NCBI GenBank assembly: GCA_050613775.1
Contig: JBODTK010000111.1
Coordinates: forward strand, 496,001 to 542,170
DNA: 46,170 nt
DNA from: Neocallimastix sp. 'constans'
Lineage: Eukaryota
Direction of reading: 5' to 3'
Made by a program: the position numbers and the translations under genes. Position 1 is the first letter of the stretch. The number at the start of each line of letters is the position of its first letter. This document shows positions 1 through 13,118 of the stretch, piece by piece. The notes beneath the pieces were generated by a model. That model ran no database searches, was not told where the DNA came from, and was given only the letters and a program-made list of their open reading frames with translations.

Positions 1-194
1 ACTCTTTTTATTTTAATTTTTTTTTAAATAAATATTTTACAAATAAAGAGTAGTAATTTTATTCTATTTATGATAAATATTATAAAAATTTATAACGCGA
101 AAAAATTTTTTTTCAATTTTAATCATTTTCTGAAAAAATTTATTTTTTTTCTTATTGGTATCGTAAAAATTGATAGGAACTTTATTAAATCTCC

Positions 195-2283
195 TTATAA
201 TTCATCCTTTTCCTTCTTTTCTTCCTTCTTTTCTTCTTCCTTCTTTTCTTCCTTCTTTTCTTCTTTCTTTTCTTCTTCCTTCTTTTCTTCTTCCTTAGCT
301 GGTTCAGCGATCTTGAATTCATTGACAGCATTCTTCTTTAAGAATTCAATGATTGAGTCCTTAGAACGGTCACCTTCGTAAATAACTGGAGTGTTCTTGT
401 CATCAGCCTTGAATAAGATGACAGTTGGGAAACCTTCAAGATCGTTCCATGGAGAAGCTGGTGGAATATCATTTTCAGTAGCATCCATTCTGGCAATAAG
501 AACCTTGTCATTAGTTTCATTGATAGATTCAGCGATTTCCTTGTAAGTTGGAGCAAGCTTCTTGCAGTGACCACACCATGGAGCATAGAATAAAAGTAAA
601 ACATCCTTGGACTTGTCAAGAACAACATCTTCGAAGGTCTTAGCAACAACGTTGTATATGCCATCTTCTTGCTTTTCTGGAACATCTTGACTTTTAACGT
701 ATGGTTCTAACTTACCAGCTTGGAAGTCTTCGATGAACTTTTCAAGAGCTTCCTTTTCGATTTTCTTATCTTGTGGATATGGGAACTTAGTGTTGTGCTT
801 AACATCTTGAATGATAACAGCTGGCCAGTTTTCTTTAAGACCAAGGAACTTTCCGTGACCAGAGAACTTAACGGCATCAATGTAAACAAAGTTGAGCTTA
901 CCTTGTACCTTCTTAGCAATAGCTTCACACCAGGCACCAACAGTCTTCTTGTCTTCGGCATCAGAAGTGAAGAGGTAAACAAGTGGAAGACCAGAATCCA
1001 TGTACTTACTGTAGTTTTCTGGACCAAGTTCATCCATTAATGGAACAGATTCGACCTTAACGAATTCCTTAATTGATTCTTCGGTAATCTTTCCTTCTAA
1101 AACAGCCTTACCTTCATCAAATTGTTTGTAAACAACAATACCTGGAACAGAAGCACCAGCCTTCTTGGCAAGTTCTTCGTTATCAATGTAACCGAAGACA
1201 AATTGTTCACGTAATTCCTTAGCATTGGCTTCAAGAGCCTTGTATTCGTCAGAACCTTCCTTAACGAAACCGACAACAACAACCTTGTCAGAAGTAGAGA
1301 ACTTTTCGAATTCTTCAGCCTTAATGGCAGAAAGATCTGGAAGATTTTGCTTCTTCATGTAACTAATAATACTTTCAGAAGTACGTTGTCCCTTGTAGTC
1401 AGATGGCTTACCATTTCTGTAAACCTTAAGAGTTGGGTAACCTCTAACACCAACTTCATTACAGATGTCTGATTCAACAGTACAATCAACTTCAGCTAAA
1501 AGAATGTTTTCTTCCTTTAAAGCAGCAGCAGCCTTAACGAATTCTGGGGCTAAGGCTATTTTATTTTAATTTATTTATATTAAAAAAAAATTTTTTTTTA
1601 AAAAAATTAATTTCTATTTATTATAAACAATTACAAATTATTTTTATATTACTTTGACTAATAAATACAAACCTTTGCAGTGACCACACCATGGGGCAAA
1701 GTACTAAATATTATTTTAAAATTAAAATTTTATTATTATTAAATATTTTATTATATTAAATATTTCATTTATTGAAATTAATAGTAAGAAAAACATATAA
1801 TTTAACTTTTGTTTATTAATTTAAAATAAATATATTTATAAATTTGATTTTATTTATATATTTTATATTTCTACTAATTTTCTTGTTATACAATTTTTTT
1901 TATTTATTTTATCCCTTTATTTCAAACTAACTATTTAATTTATAATTTTTGTTTACTTCCAAATAATTTAAAATACATCTTATCATTTTTTTAAATTATT
2001 TATATATTTTATATTCCTATTATTTCCAATTTCATTTCATTACTTTATTTTTACTATTGTTTTGAATATTTTTTATTTACATTATCTATAAACTTATTTT
2101 TTTTTTCTATTATTTTATTATTTCTATGAAGTATCAAATATTTACCTTGACTAAAGCAAGTGGAGTAGATTCTAAAGTAACTTCATAATCATCCTTAGTA
2201 AGAGCTCTTACATCACCTTCAGCAGCAACCTTTGAGGCTAATAAAACTGAAGCAACAACCTTGAATAACTTACTAAATCTCAT
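195..2283 (-). CDS. PDI1: Protein disulfide-isomerase (a-b-b'-a'), ER luminal; 3 exons 2283-2146, 1703-1673, 1555-195
   Basis: Spliced translation begins with signal peptide MRFSKLFKVVASVLLASKVAA, then YFAPWCGHCK (exon 2) and a second FYAPWCGHCK; GYPTL/GFPTV cis-Pro loops; C-terminal KDEL; GT..AG junctions keep frame. Confidence 0.96.
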
Positions 2284-2870
2284 TTTTATACTTTAATCTA
2301 ATTTACTATAAATAAAATAGTTACAATAAAATTAATTATTAAAAAAAAAAAAAAAAAAAAAAAGAAATAAGAAGTTATTTATCCTCTATTTATATAAAAA
2401 AAAAAAAAAAAATTAATTATTATATATAATTAAATTTTATTAATAATAATATAAAAAATATAATAGTATAATTTCAATGTGTAAAATAAAATAATTAGTA
2501 ATAAAATAAAATAAAATTATTAAATTTAATAATATTATTTGGAATTGAAAAAATAAAAAATAGTAGTAATTAGTAATATGTTATAAATGTTATAATATAA
2601 TATTATATTAATTTAATATTATTTTAAATTAAATGCAATATATTGTTTATTTTATTCTTGCTTTTTTTTTTTTTTAAAAAAAAAAAGAAAATAAACTATT
2701 TAATTTATTACATTATATTAATAAATTGTCTATAAATTAAGATTTACTTTATAGGATCCAATGTATTTGTAATATATACATTTCTATTTTAGATTAAGTT
2801 TTTTTTTTTTCTTTTCTTTTTTTTTTTTTCAATAGATTAAATAAGGGAATTTCTATTTTCTTTAATATTT

Positions 2871-2970
2871 TATTGTATTTCATTATATTTCATTGTATTT
2901 CATTGTATTTCATTGTATTTCATTGTATTTCATTGTATTTTATTGTATTTCATTATATTTTATTGTATTT
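2871..2970. repeat. 10-bp minisatellite (CATTGTATTT)n, about 10 copies
   Basis: Directly visible tandem cattgtattt/tattgtattt/cattatattt units about 600 bp upstream of the PDI start. Confidence 0.9.
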
Positions 2971-5449
2971 TATTTGGTTAAATTTAAATAGTCATAAAAA
3001 TTATAATCATAATAATCAGGTTAATATAATATTTATTTATTATTCATTGTAAAAATACTTATTTATATTTATTATTTATATTATTATTATTTTATAGCAC
3101 ACTTTTTATTATATTAGTATTGTATAATCTATTATATGTGCAAGCATTAAATTTCCTTTTAATTCTTTTAAATATGAACAATATTCCTTTTTTTGTATTA
3201 AAGTAATACTATGGCCTTTGTTCAATTTCAATTTTTTTGAACATAAATTACTATATTTAACATATTATTGTTGAATATATTAGATTTAAATACTACATTA
3301 TTATTAAACATTATAAATATATATTATTATTATCTAATATTGATAAATGTCACTATTAATAATCACTATTTATTAGGCTTGTATTGTTGTTACTAACCCT
3401 TTAAAAATATAAATATCATCAATACAATATATAATTATATCTACAATGGTAATGTTCAATCCATTGAAGTTCATTATAAATACAACTTTACAGATAAATA
3501 AATAAATACAATATGAAATACATGAATAAATAAACAAGAACTTAACTATATTTTTTTTTATTTATGTATGATTATATTTATTCTATAAGACAAAATCCAT
3601 TTCTTATAAGATTACCTTATTTTGTTATTTTTATATTTTATAATATTAATTTAATAATTATAATGAGCTAAAAATTTTATATTTCAAATAATTCATATAT
3701 TATTAGCTGTATTATACATAAAAGGAAAAGCTTCAATATAGAAAATAATATACCTTAATATTAAGTAACCAATAATATCACTCCACACATAAAATTTATA
3801 AGATGTCTTAATTGTTATAAGATATTCTTAATATACAGTAGATTAATATACTGGCAAATAAAAAATTTGCACATTAATATATTATTAATACATTTCCATT
3901 ACATTAATAATTAAATATATTGTATATAAAGATCATTAAAAAAAACTATATATTTATTAATATCTTTTAATAAATAAATTATATGTTTAATATTAATTAT
4001 TAAATTGTTAAGTATTACTAATACGCCACAATTTGATTAAATTAATTATTAGATAGTTATTATAAATCTTATTTATTATAATTTATAATTTTTATAAAAC
4101 TGTAATAATATTCATATAATTAAATATAAATAAATAAAAGTTATATTAACTAAATAATCTATATTGAAAATTTGAGATTTTAATTATAACATGATTATTA
4201 ATGTTAATTATAAATTTATTATATATTATTAAATATTAATTTATTAATTTATTATTTATTATTTAATTAATCATTTATTTATTATTTAATTATTTATTAT
4301 TAAATACTATTTTTATTATTTATTTATTATTTATAATAATATATATCAAAAAAAGAAAAAAAAAAAAAATAATAGAAAATTAGAAATAATAAATATAGTA
4401 TTAAAATTTTATATTAACATATTACATATAATTAAGGTCCATAAAATATTATATATAAATGATTATCAATAATAATTTTTTATACTATATTATACAAAAA
4501 TAAAGTTATAGTTTAAACTTGGTATCATTAACAAAAAGGAAATAAAAAAAATAATATATTTATTCATTTAATTTCATTTAATTTATATAAACATTTTTTA
4601 ATATTAAAATTCTTTTATAATTATTATTCTCAAAAGAAAAAAAATAAAAATACAAATATAATTGATCACTGCAAAAATAGAAATTCATTTTATTATAAAT
4701 ACTCATTTTGACGTATTAACCTTCAAATAATTAATGTATAAAAAATAAAAGTGCTTATACATATATAATGTAAAATCCAAATCAAAATATATTATCATTA
4801 TGCGAAGAATATTAGGTATACATTAGAGTAAAAACTTCAAATATAATATTAAAAAAAAAAATTAACTCATTATTAATATATTAGAGTCTTAAATGAAGTT
4901 TAAATAAATGAATAAAATGAACATCTATATATTATTATTAAATATATATAATTAATAATATATCAAATTATTAAAAATATAAATAATTATTAAATAATTC
5001 TTATTATATTTACTGAAGATCTTAATGTTTTTAAGAAATATATAAATATAATATTATTAATAATATATTAAATAAAAATTTAATAACACACTAATATTTT
5101 TTTTATACACTGATTATTATTATAGAAAATGTCTCTATTCCATAGTAGTTTTATTTATATATTTAATTGTATATATAATCTATGGAGAATTTTTTATTAT
5201 TTTTTATTTTTCATTTTATTTTATTTCTATTTTTTTTTTTTTTTTTTTTTAATTTCTTTTTTTATAATAAATGAAAATTAGTGATTTATTAAGGTATTAG
5301 TAAATATAATAATTCTGTCCGATATTATTTACATTAATTTAAAATTATAATTTATATCTTAATAAAAAAAAATAAAAAGGTTGACTTCTAAAATCAACGT
5401 TTTCGTTAATGGTTCGACGATTAAACAATGATAGCTTTTTATTAATAAT

Positions 5450-5483
5450 TAAAATTTGATGGATTATAATCCATCAAATTTTA
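5450..5483. repeat. Perfect 34-bp palindrome
   Basis: taaaatttgatggattataatccatcaaatttta is its own reverse complement. Confidence 0.9.
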
Positions 5484-5929
5484 TTTTATTTCTATTTATG
5501 TATATTTTTAATAAATAGTTGGAATCTTATTTAATATAAAATTTATTCCATTTGATTAATTGAACATAATGATTTCATTGCTCAAATAATTTTTTAACAA
5601 CTCGTTTCTTAATTTATATTAATAATTAATTAATTCAAATTAAAATAAATTAAAATTTGATTTATACTTATTTGTCTTAAATAATGGGTTAATTATAAAT
5701 TAATTAATTAATTAATTAATTTAAAAATAAATAAATAAATAACTATAAAATAAATAAATAAATAAATAAAAATAAAAAAATAAAAATAAAAATTAATCAA
5801 TTTGAACAACGAATAGAATTTAAAATCGATGCATTTTATATTCCATGTATTAATTACAAGTATAAAAGTATTGATGAATATAAATATTTAGAACAATCTT
5901 TTTTTAAAAGAATAAAATTAATAATACAA

Positions 5930-6335
5930 TTAATAATAAATAATAAATTAAATAATAAATAATAAATAATAAATAATAAATAATAAATAATAAATAATAA
6001 ATAATAAATAATAAATAATAAATAATAAATAATAAATAATAAATAATAAATAATAAATAATAAATAATAAATAATAAATAATAAATAATAAATAATAAAT
6101 AATAAATAATAAATAATAAATAATAAATAATAAATTATAAATAATTAAATAAAAAATAATAAATAATAAATAATAAATAATAAATAATTAAATAAAAAAT
6201 AATAAATAATAAATAATAAATAATAAATAATAAATAATAAATAATAAATAATAAATTATAAATAATTAAATAAAAAATAATAAATAATAAATAATAAATA
6301 ATAAATAATTAAATAAAAAATAATTAATTAATAAA
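5930..6335. repeat. (TAATAAA)n heptamer satellite with higher-order interruptions
   Basis: Long run of 7-bp units; variant block ataattaaataaaaaataa recurs about 4 times between 6140 and 6325. Confidence 0.9.
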
Positions 6336-7601
6336 CAATAATTAATAATTAAAATTAATTTTATAAATAAAATTTATATAATAGTGATATATTTATTTAA
6401 AAAAAAATACTTTAAATCAATTTATAAAATAGAATTTTAAAAAAATTATAGAATGTTAAAAAATTTTTGTTAAAATACTTATAATAAAGTATTATAATAG
6501 AGGAATAAATATGTATATGATGTATAATTAATAGTTAAATTTGAGATTTATAGATTTCTTAATAATAACAAATAAAATTTATTAATATTTATGATATTGA
6601 AGTTATATGAATAAAGTTTGCAAAAAAAAAAAAAAAAAAAAGAAAAAAAATACGCTATAAAAGATTTTTACATTTTTACATTTATTAATCCATTTATTTA
6701 TATACATAAATAAGTAATAATAAATGAATATACGACGGATAAATTTAAATATTAAAATAAAATTAATGTAAATAATAACCTCGAAATTTTAAAAATATTG
6801 AAAATATTAAACTAAAATGGCCATATTATATATGTATCTATATAAATAAATAATACTATTTGAAAATTTACTAAATAATATAGTAATATATACTATTATT
6901 TATTGAAGATTAAATTTGCATATATATATAACCTATTTTTTAGTTTCATCTAGCTAAAAATATTTGAGAATACTTTAATCTCATACATAAAAATAATATA
7001 TATGTATTAAAAAAAAAAAAAAAAAAAAAAAGAAAGGAAAAGAAAAGAAATTAATTTAAACTATTTAATAGATGGATAATAGCAAGATTGAGAAATACAT
7101 TATAACCAGAATGATATTTAATTATCACATTACAATAGTTACTTAAATAGTATATATATTTTTTAAATTAACTATAAATAGGAAAATATAATTAATTTAT
7201 GTAAATGAAAAATAACGAACAATCATTAAATAATAATTTATAAAATAACAATTTTTTTTTTTATTTATTTTTATAAATATAATAAATAACTTTTTATTGA
7301 TAGTAATAATAATAATTGTTAAAAATCAAGATTATTGTATAATAATTATATAATAACATAAATTTAATTTAATAAAAATGTATATATACATATAAATTTA
7401 TTCTAACATATGACGTCACATGTATTTAATTTTATTCATGTATTTATGTAAACTATTGTTATACTTTAAATCTGGAAATCTGTACTTTCTCTTTTTACTT
7501 TTTATAAAAACTTAAATAAATAAAGTGTTAATAATAAATATTAAAAAAAACAATATTAAAGGTATTATTTTGTCTTTGTGTCTTTTCTACCGAGAGTCGG
7601 T

Positions 7602-7646
<45 letters not shown>

Positions 7647-7789
7647 CATTATTATCATTATCAATTTTAATTTATTTTTCCATCTTAACTATTTAATATT
7701 AATTCATAAATTTCAATATAGTTAAAAAAGGTTATTTAATAATATTTATATATAAACTTTCTATTAGTTAAAAGAATTGAAAATAATGA

Positions 7790-8220
7790 ATGAATTTGTT
7801 AAAATGAATTGCCATTCTTGTATTTTTATCTTCCTATCGCTTTTCTTTTTAGTATTTGTATTGTTGGCTGTTTTCATCTTGTGAAATAAGAACGAAATAG
7901 AAATTATTCTTTTTTTGCACGCAATTGGATTGTTTTATATTTCTTACATACAGAGAAGATATGCATTATATCTTTGTATAAAACTCTTGCATACAACTAA
8001 TGTACAATTTTATGATGAAGCTGTTTTCTTCCTAAGTACCCTGAATATTCGATAATTAATTATTATTATTTATAAAGCTATTGTGATTCTTGTGTGCGTG
8101 AGGTGATATTATCGGCTAATTAATTTTTTTTTCTATATCAGAAAGAATACCTATTCCAAAAGAGCTCCCTTTTGCAAACAAAGGTTCTTTTACAAATAGC
8201 TATTGTCATATACGACAAAT
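7790..8220. other. Higher-complexity intergenic segment, possible decayed coding or mobile-element remnant
   Basis: Visibly more G/C and fewer homopolymers than the flanks; no ORF of 60 aa or more and no recognisable motif. Confidence 0.2.
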
Positions 8221-9379
8221 TAAAAATTAATGAAATAATTATTTAATTCATATTATTTCACATTTAAATACCATTAAATACTTTATATATATACTGTTAT
8301 AATTTACAATCATATAAATTTAAAGAAACATATCAAAAGATAGTATAAATTTAAATATGATAATAAATGTATGTAATATGGTGTCTTATTTTTCCATTTA
8401 TATAAGGAATATCAACAAAAGATATACTGGTTAAGTGTCATTTTAACAATAAATACTTGGATAATATTCATTTTTAAGTTCCAATACTCTCTTTTTATCT
8501 TAAGTATCGACTTTTTTCATAGGGGTTAATAAGTTAAAGATAAAATATAACAATAAATATTGTTAAAACTATCTTGTTGTTCAGCATATTCTGTTTATAT
8601 ATAATCTTATTTTATATTTATTAGTCTTTTGAATAATTAAATATTTGCAATTAATATCGTGCTGAAAATCAATTTATTTTATACTATTATTACCCTTGAG
8701 ATATATGTAATTCATATTTTTAAATATAATATTTATATTTATATAATTTAAGCTCTGTAAATAAATATATCATACAAAATTTTACTTATGAAAATTGGTC
8801 AACAATAAAATATTTAAAGACATAATATATTTAAATGAATGTATAATGAAATATAGAATATTGAGTAAATTTTAATATAGTTTTATCATAGATAGCATAA
8901 ACAAATATAAACCAAAACAACATAAAAGCAAAAGTTTGACAAATAAATTGTTTACCTATTGTATATATCAATTTTTGTTTGTTTTCACATATCTTGTATT
9001 GTTTATTAGTACCTTTATTTAATAACGCTTATTACAAATTGGAATTATTTCTATATTACAAAATAGATAAACACTTTTAATATTTACTTTAATACAATAA
9101 ATTATAAAAGGTTAAAGTAAAAAAAAAAAAAATTATTATTAATCTAGTTTAATAATTCTTTTTTTTTTTTTTTTTTGTTTTAATTATTAATTTACTTTTT
9201 TACTATTATTATAGTTAGTTTATTTGAAACTTATTTATTTATAACTTTTATTTTATTTATTATTATTGGTGTTTCTTTTTTTTCTTAAATAATTAATGGT
9301 CTTATTGAATTATATTACCAGTTAGAATGAATGACAATTCTTTTTCAACATGATTTTTTCTTTATATCAAATATTATTA

Positions 9380-9382
9380 AAA

Positions 9383-9469
<87 letters not shown>

Positions 9470-9547
9470 ACAAATAAACAAATAATAAATAAATAAATAA
9501 ATAAATAAATAATAAATAAATAAATAAATAAACAAATAAACAAATAA

Positions 9548-9586
<39 letters not shown>

Positions 9587-9664
9587 ACAAATAAACAAAT
9601 AATAAATAAATAAATAAATAAATAAATAATAAATAAATAAATAAATAAACAAATAAACAAATAA

Positions 9665-9707
<43 letters not shown>

Positions 9708-9710
9708 ATA
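9380..9710. repeat. (TAAA)n microsatellite with CAAA/TAA variants
   Basis: Directly visible; gives the FIYL-repeat pseudo-ORFs. Confidence 0.95.
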
Positions 9711-10175
9711 GAAGTATTTATTGATTTATGAATAAAGATAATAGGTATGATTTATGTAATAATAAGTTTTTTTCTTTTTAATATTTTTATTTTTATTTTT
9801 ATTTCTATTTTTATCTTTTTTTTTTGTTTTATATGCTATTTTGGTATTACATTTTTATATTTATTTTTATCAATAAAAAATAAAAAAAAAAAAAAAAGAG
9901 ATTCAAACTTTAAATAGCTATACAATAATCTGTTATTTTTGAAATTACATTTTTAAAATTATTTATTTATTATTTTTTTTTAAAAAGATTTTTTTTGTTT
10001 ATACATTTATACATTTTAAATGATTATTTAATAGTTTTTTTTTTTTTTTTTTTTTTTTTTTTATTTATTATTATTTTTTAATTTTTTTTTATTTGCTATT
10101 TTTTTTTTTTTTTTTTTATTTTTTTTTATTTTTTTTTATTTTTGTTATTAAATAAAAATAATTTATTAATGAGAT

Positions 10176-11018
10176 TTAGTTTTGTTCATATTGTGGTATA
10201 TAACCAGCAAGATGAGCTAATTGTTCGTCAGTTCTGTTGAAGTATCTTATACTTTTATTTAATGTTGCAATTAAATCCATGTCTTCACTATCTAATTCAA
10301 AATCAAATAAATCGAAATTACTTTTGATGTGTTCAACATTCTTACTACCTGGGATAACAATGAATCCCATTTGAATATGCCACTTAAGAATAATTTGTGC
10401 TGGAGTTTTATCATATTTATTACCAATAATTTTAAATATTTGTTCATTTAATAATGAAATATCACCATGACCTAATGGATACCAACTCATTAACTTTATA
10501 TTTTTTGGGTCGATAACTTTTCTTAATTCCTCTTGAACAAAGTATGGATGGGCTTCAACTTGAATAACTTGAGGAACAATTTCACATTTAGCTAAAATTT
10601 CATCAATAAATTCTCCTTCAAAGTTAGAAATACCTATAGATTTAGCTTTACCTTCTTTATAAGCTTTTTCTAATTGCTTATAACCAGCCATGTAATTACC
10701 AGCTGGTTGGTGAATAAATAAAAGATCAACATAGTCTAAACCTAATCTTTCTAAGGTTTGGTCAACAGCATTTGGATTTTCGTATTCATTTATCCATAAT
10801 TTTGTAGAAACAAAAATTTCTTCTCTCTTAATATTGGAACTTTTAATAGCACGTCCAACTGCTCTTTCATTAACATAGGCATTAGCAGTATCAATTAATC
10901 TGTAACCTATTTTTAAGGCTTCTTTTACACTATTTTCAGCATCTTCTGGTGAAAGTAAAAAAGTTCCAATTCCAATATTTGGAATTTTTACACCATTATT
11001 TAATTCATATGAATTCAT
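10176..11018 (-). CDS. Aldo/keto reductase (2,5-diketo-D-gluconate reductase-like), intronless, 280 aa
   Basis: LNNGVKIPNIGIGT, GYRLIDTANAY (catalytic D, Y), STKLW (K), DLLFIHQP (H), IGISNF, QVEAHPY, TPAQIILKW and IPGS cofactor motifs; uninterrupted ORF. Confidence 0.95.
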   Translation of the reverse strand: MNSYELNNGVKIPNIGIGTFLLSPEDAENSVKEALKIGYRLIDTANAYVNERAVGRAIKSSNIKREEIFVSTKLWINEYENPNAVDQTLERLGLDYVDLLFIHQPAGNYMAGYKQLEKAYKEGKAKSIGISNFEGEFIDEILAKCEIVPQVIQVEAHPYFVQEELRKVIDPKNIKLMSWYPLGHGDISLLNEQIFKIIGNKYDKTPAQIILKWHIQMGFIVIPGSKNVEHIKSNFDLFDFELDSEDMDLIATLNKSIRYFNRTDEQLAHLAGYIPQYEQN

Positions 11019-11835
11019 ATTTACTATTAATTTTAAATTATAAAACTATTCTATTTAATTATTATTTATATATTTATTTATATTAAGGATAAATCTTTTA
11101 AGTTTGAATAAAAAAAAAAAAAATATTTTTATTTATATATGTAATTTTATTACAATTAATTTACAATAAATTAATCTTAATATTAAATAAGCTTTGAAAT
11201 TATTTTTTGAGTTTTATGATACATTTTTATATGTATGAACCAATAAATAGAGATTAAATTAAAAGAAATATATTAATTTAATTTAATATTTTTTATTTAA
11301 TTTTTAATATTTAGTAATTAGTAATATTATTTTCGAAGTTTTTAAATTTTTATTTGTATTTTATTATTATTATTATTAATATTATTATTATTGTTTATTT
11401 TTTTTAATTATTAATGGAATAATTGTTTTATATTCGATAGATTTTTTTGTCACATTCTAAGAAAAAAAAAAAAAAAATTCATTGAACCATTTTATTATCT
11501 AATTTAATATTTCATTAGAATGGTTGGAACTAATGTATTTATAATATTAAAAAAAAAATTTTTTTTCTAAATAACATTTGAATTTAATTTATAAATATAA
11601 TATTTGCATAAATTTTTTTTTTTTTATTTAACATATGAAAATATATTAAGAATAAAATATTATTAATTTACAATTTAATTCAAAGCTTTTATATATTTAT
11701 ATATTTATTAAAAAGCTCTATATTTATAGTAGTTACCTAAAAATTATAGTGAAAATTAATTATTAATTTATCTATAATTAATTAGAATTTGTTGATGAAG
11801 TAAATTTTCTTTTGTATTAAATATATAAGTATGTA

Positions 11836-12026
11836 TATTTTTAGATTGGGATTAATGAGAGGGTAGGACAACAGGGCATCTAATCTCTTCATTTATAAGG
11901 AAAAATATCTTGGGAGGATGAAAATCACCCCCTACAAATCCAGAAGGTAGTCTCGGTTTCGATCCAGAAACCATATGTGTGGCAATAATTACTATTTTAT
12001 TAAAGAGATTAATTAAATGAATTTAT
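11836..12026 (-). mobile_element. GC-rich island with tRNA-like head; candidate tRNA-derived SINE or structured ncRNA
   Basis: Minus strand reads ...gccacacatatggtttctGGATCGAAACCgagac..., a B-box/T-loop identical to the eukaryotic initiator-tRNA type, followed by about 110 nt of GC-rich body; agtatgta occurs on both flanks. Confidence 0.35.
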
Positions 12027-12281
12027 AGTATGTAATGTAATATATATATTTAATTTTTTTTTTTTTTTTTTTATTTTTTATTTATTTGTTTATTAATTTA
12101 TTTATTTTCAGAAGAACCCAATAAAAAATGCGTTTTTAAGTAATATAAAATTTATTATATATTTCACTATTTGTATCATTCCAATTAAAAATATATGTTT
12201 TTATATTATTATTAGAAAAGAAAAAATTTTTTTATTGCCAAATCAATATTAATTTTTTTTTTTTAAAAATAACTGTAGAAA

Positions 12282-12331
<50 letters not shown>

Positions 12332-13072
12332 TTCTAAATAGATAAATACAAATGTATTTATTTATTTTTTTTTATAAACAACAAAATATTAAGAAATGGC
12401 TAAGTTCTTATTTAAAATTAATAATTTAAATGTAATATTTAATTAAATATATATATATATATATATTACATAATTATTATTATTACTTATATTTAAACTA
12501 TTCCTTAATTATAAATTAATTGATTAAATTATTTATATGAACTATGCAACTAAAAATATTAAATAAATAGATATTAATGAAAATTAATCAATTAATTTAA
12601 TATTTATGGTCAATTATTTAATTGTTCATTACAGAGTAAAAAATTAACATATAATTCTATAGGTTATTGTTGTAAGGATATTATATTTAAAGATACTGAA
12701 TAATTTGATTATGTTTGAATAAAAGTTTATCTCTGTTTTAAGTAATGCCAATTATTTTAAATATTAGATTATTAACAACATATAGATTACCATGGATTAC
12801 TAGATATCAAATTATAGGCATGCTATTTTTTTTTTTTTTTTTTTTTAAATGATTTTAATAACTTTTATTAATGATTCTTATATTATCGATATAAACTACA
12901 ATTTTTGTATGTAGTAGTTTTTACATTCATTTATAAAATTTTAATTTAATATTATTATTAATATTTTTATATATATATTTAAATTTATATATAAAGTAAT
13001 AATTTTTATTTAAGATTTTTTATAATTTTCATGTTCACATTAAAATCTTTTATAATTAAAACTATTTTTAAC

Positions 13073-13118
<46 letters not shown>

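Noticed and set aside
70..1282. Overlapping ORFs 70-381, 338-685, 707-1033, 720-1040, 1097-1282
   Set aside because: Antisense or alternate-frame shadows of codon-biased PDI; no independent motifs.
2871..2970. Regular repeats considered as a CRISPR-like array
   Set aside because: Head-to-tail 10-mers with no unique spacers, no cas genes, eukaryotic context.
9345..9660. FIYL-repeat ORFs (also 23293-23478, 44264-44449, 44972-45220 and most of 34797-35174)
   Set aside because: Translations of stop-free (TTTA)n microsatellites; only the NNVPVV..NELH part of 34797-35174 is a real FPGS exon.
11940..12010. Functional tRNA-Met gene
   Set aside because: T-loop matches, but the acceptor stem, D-arm/A box and 7-nt anticodon loop cannot be built; kept only as tRNA-like.
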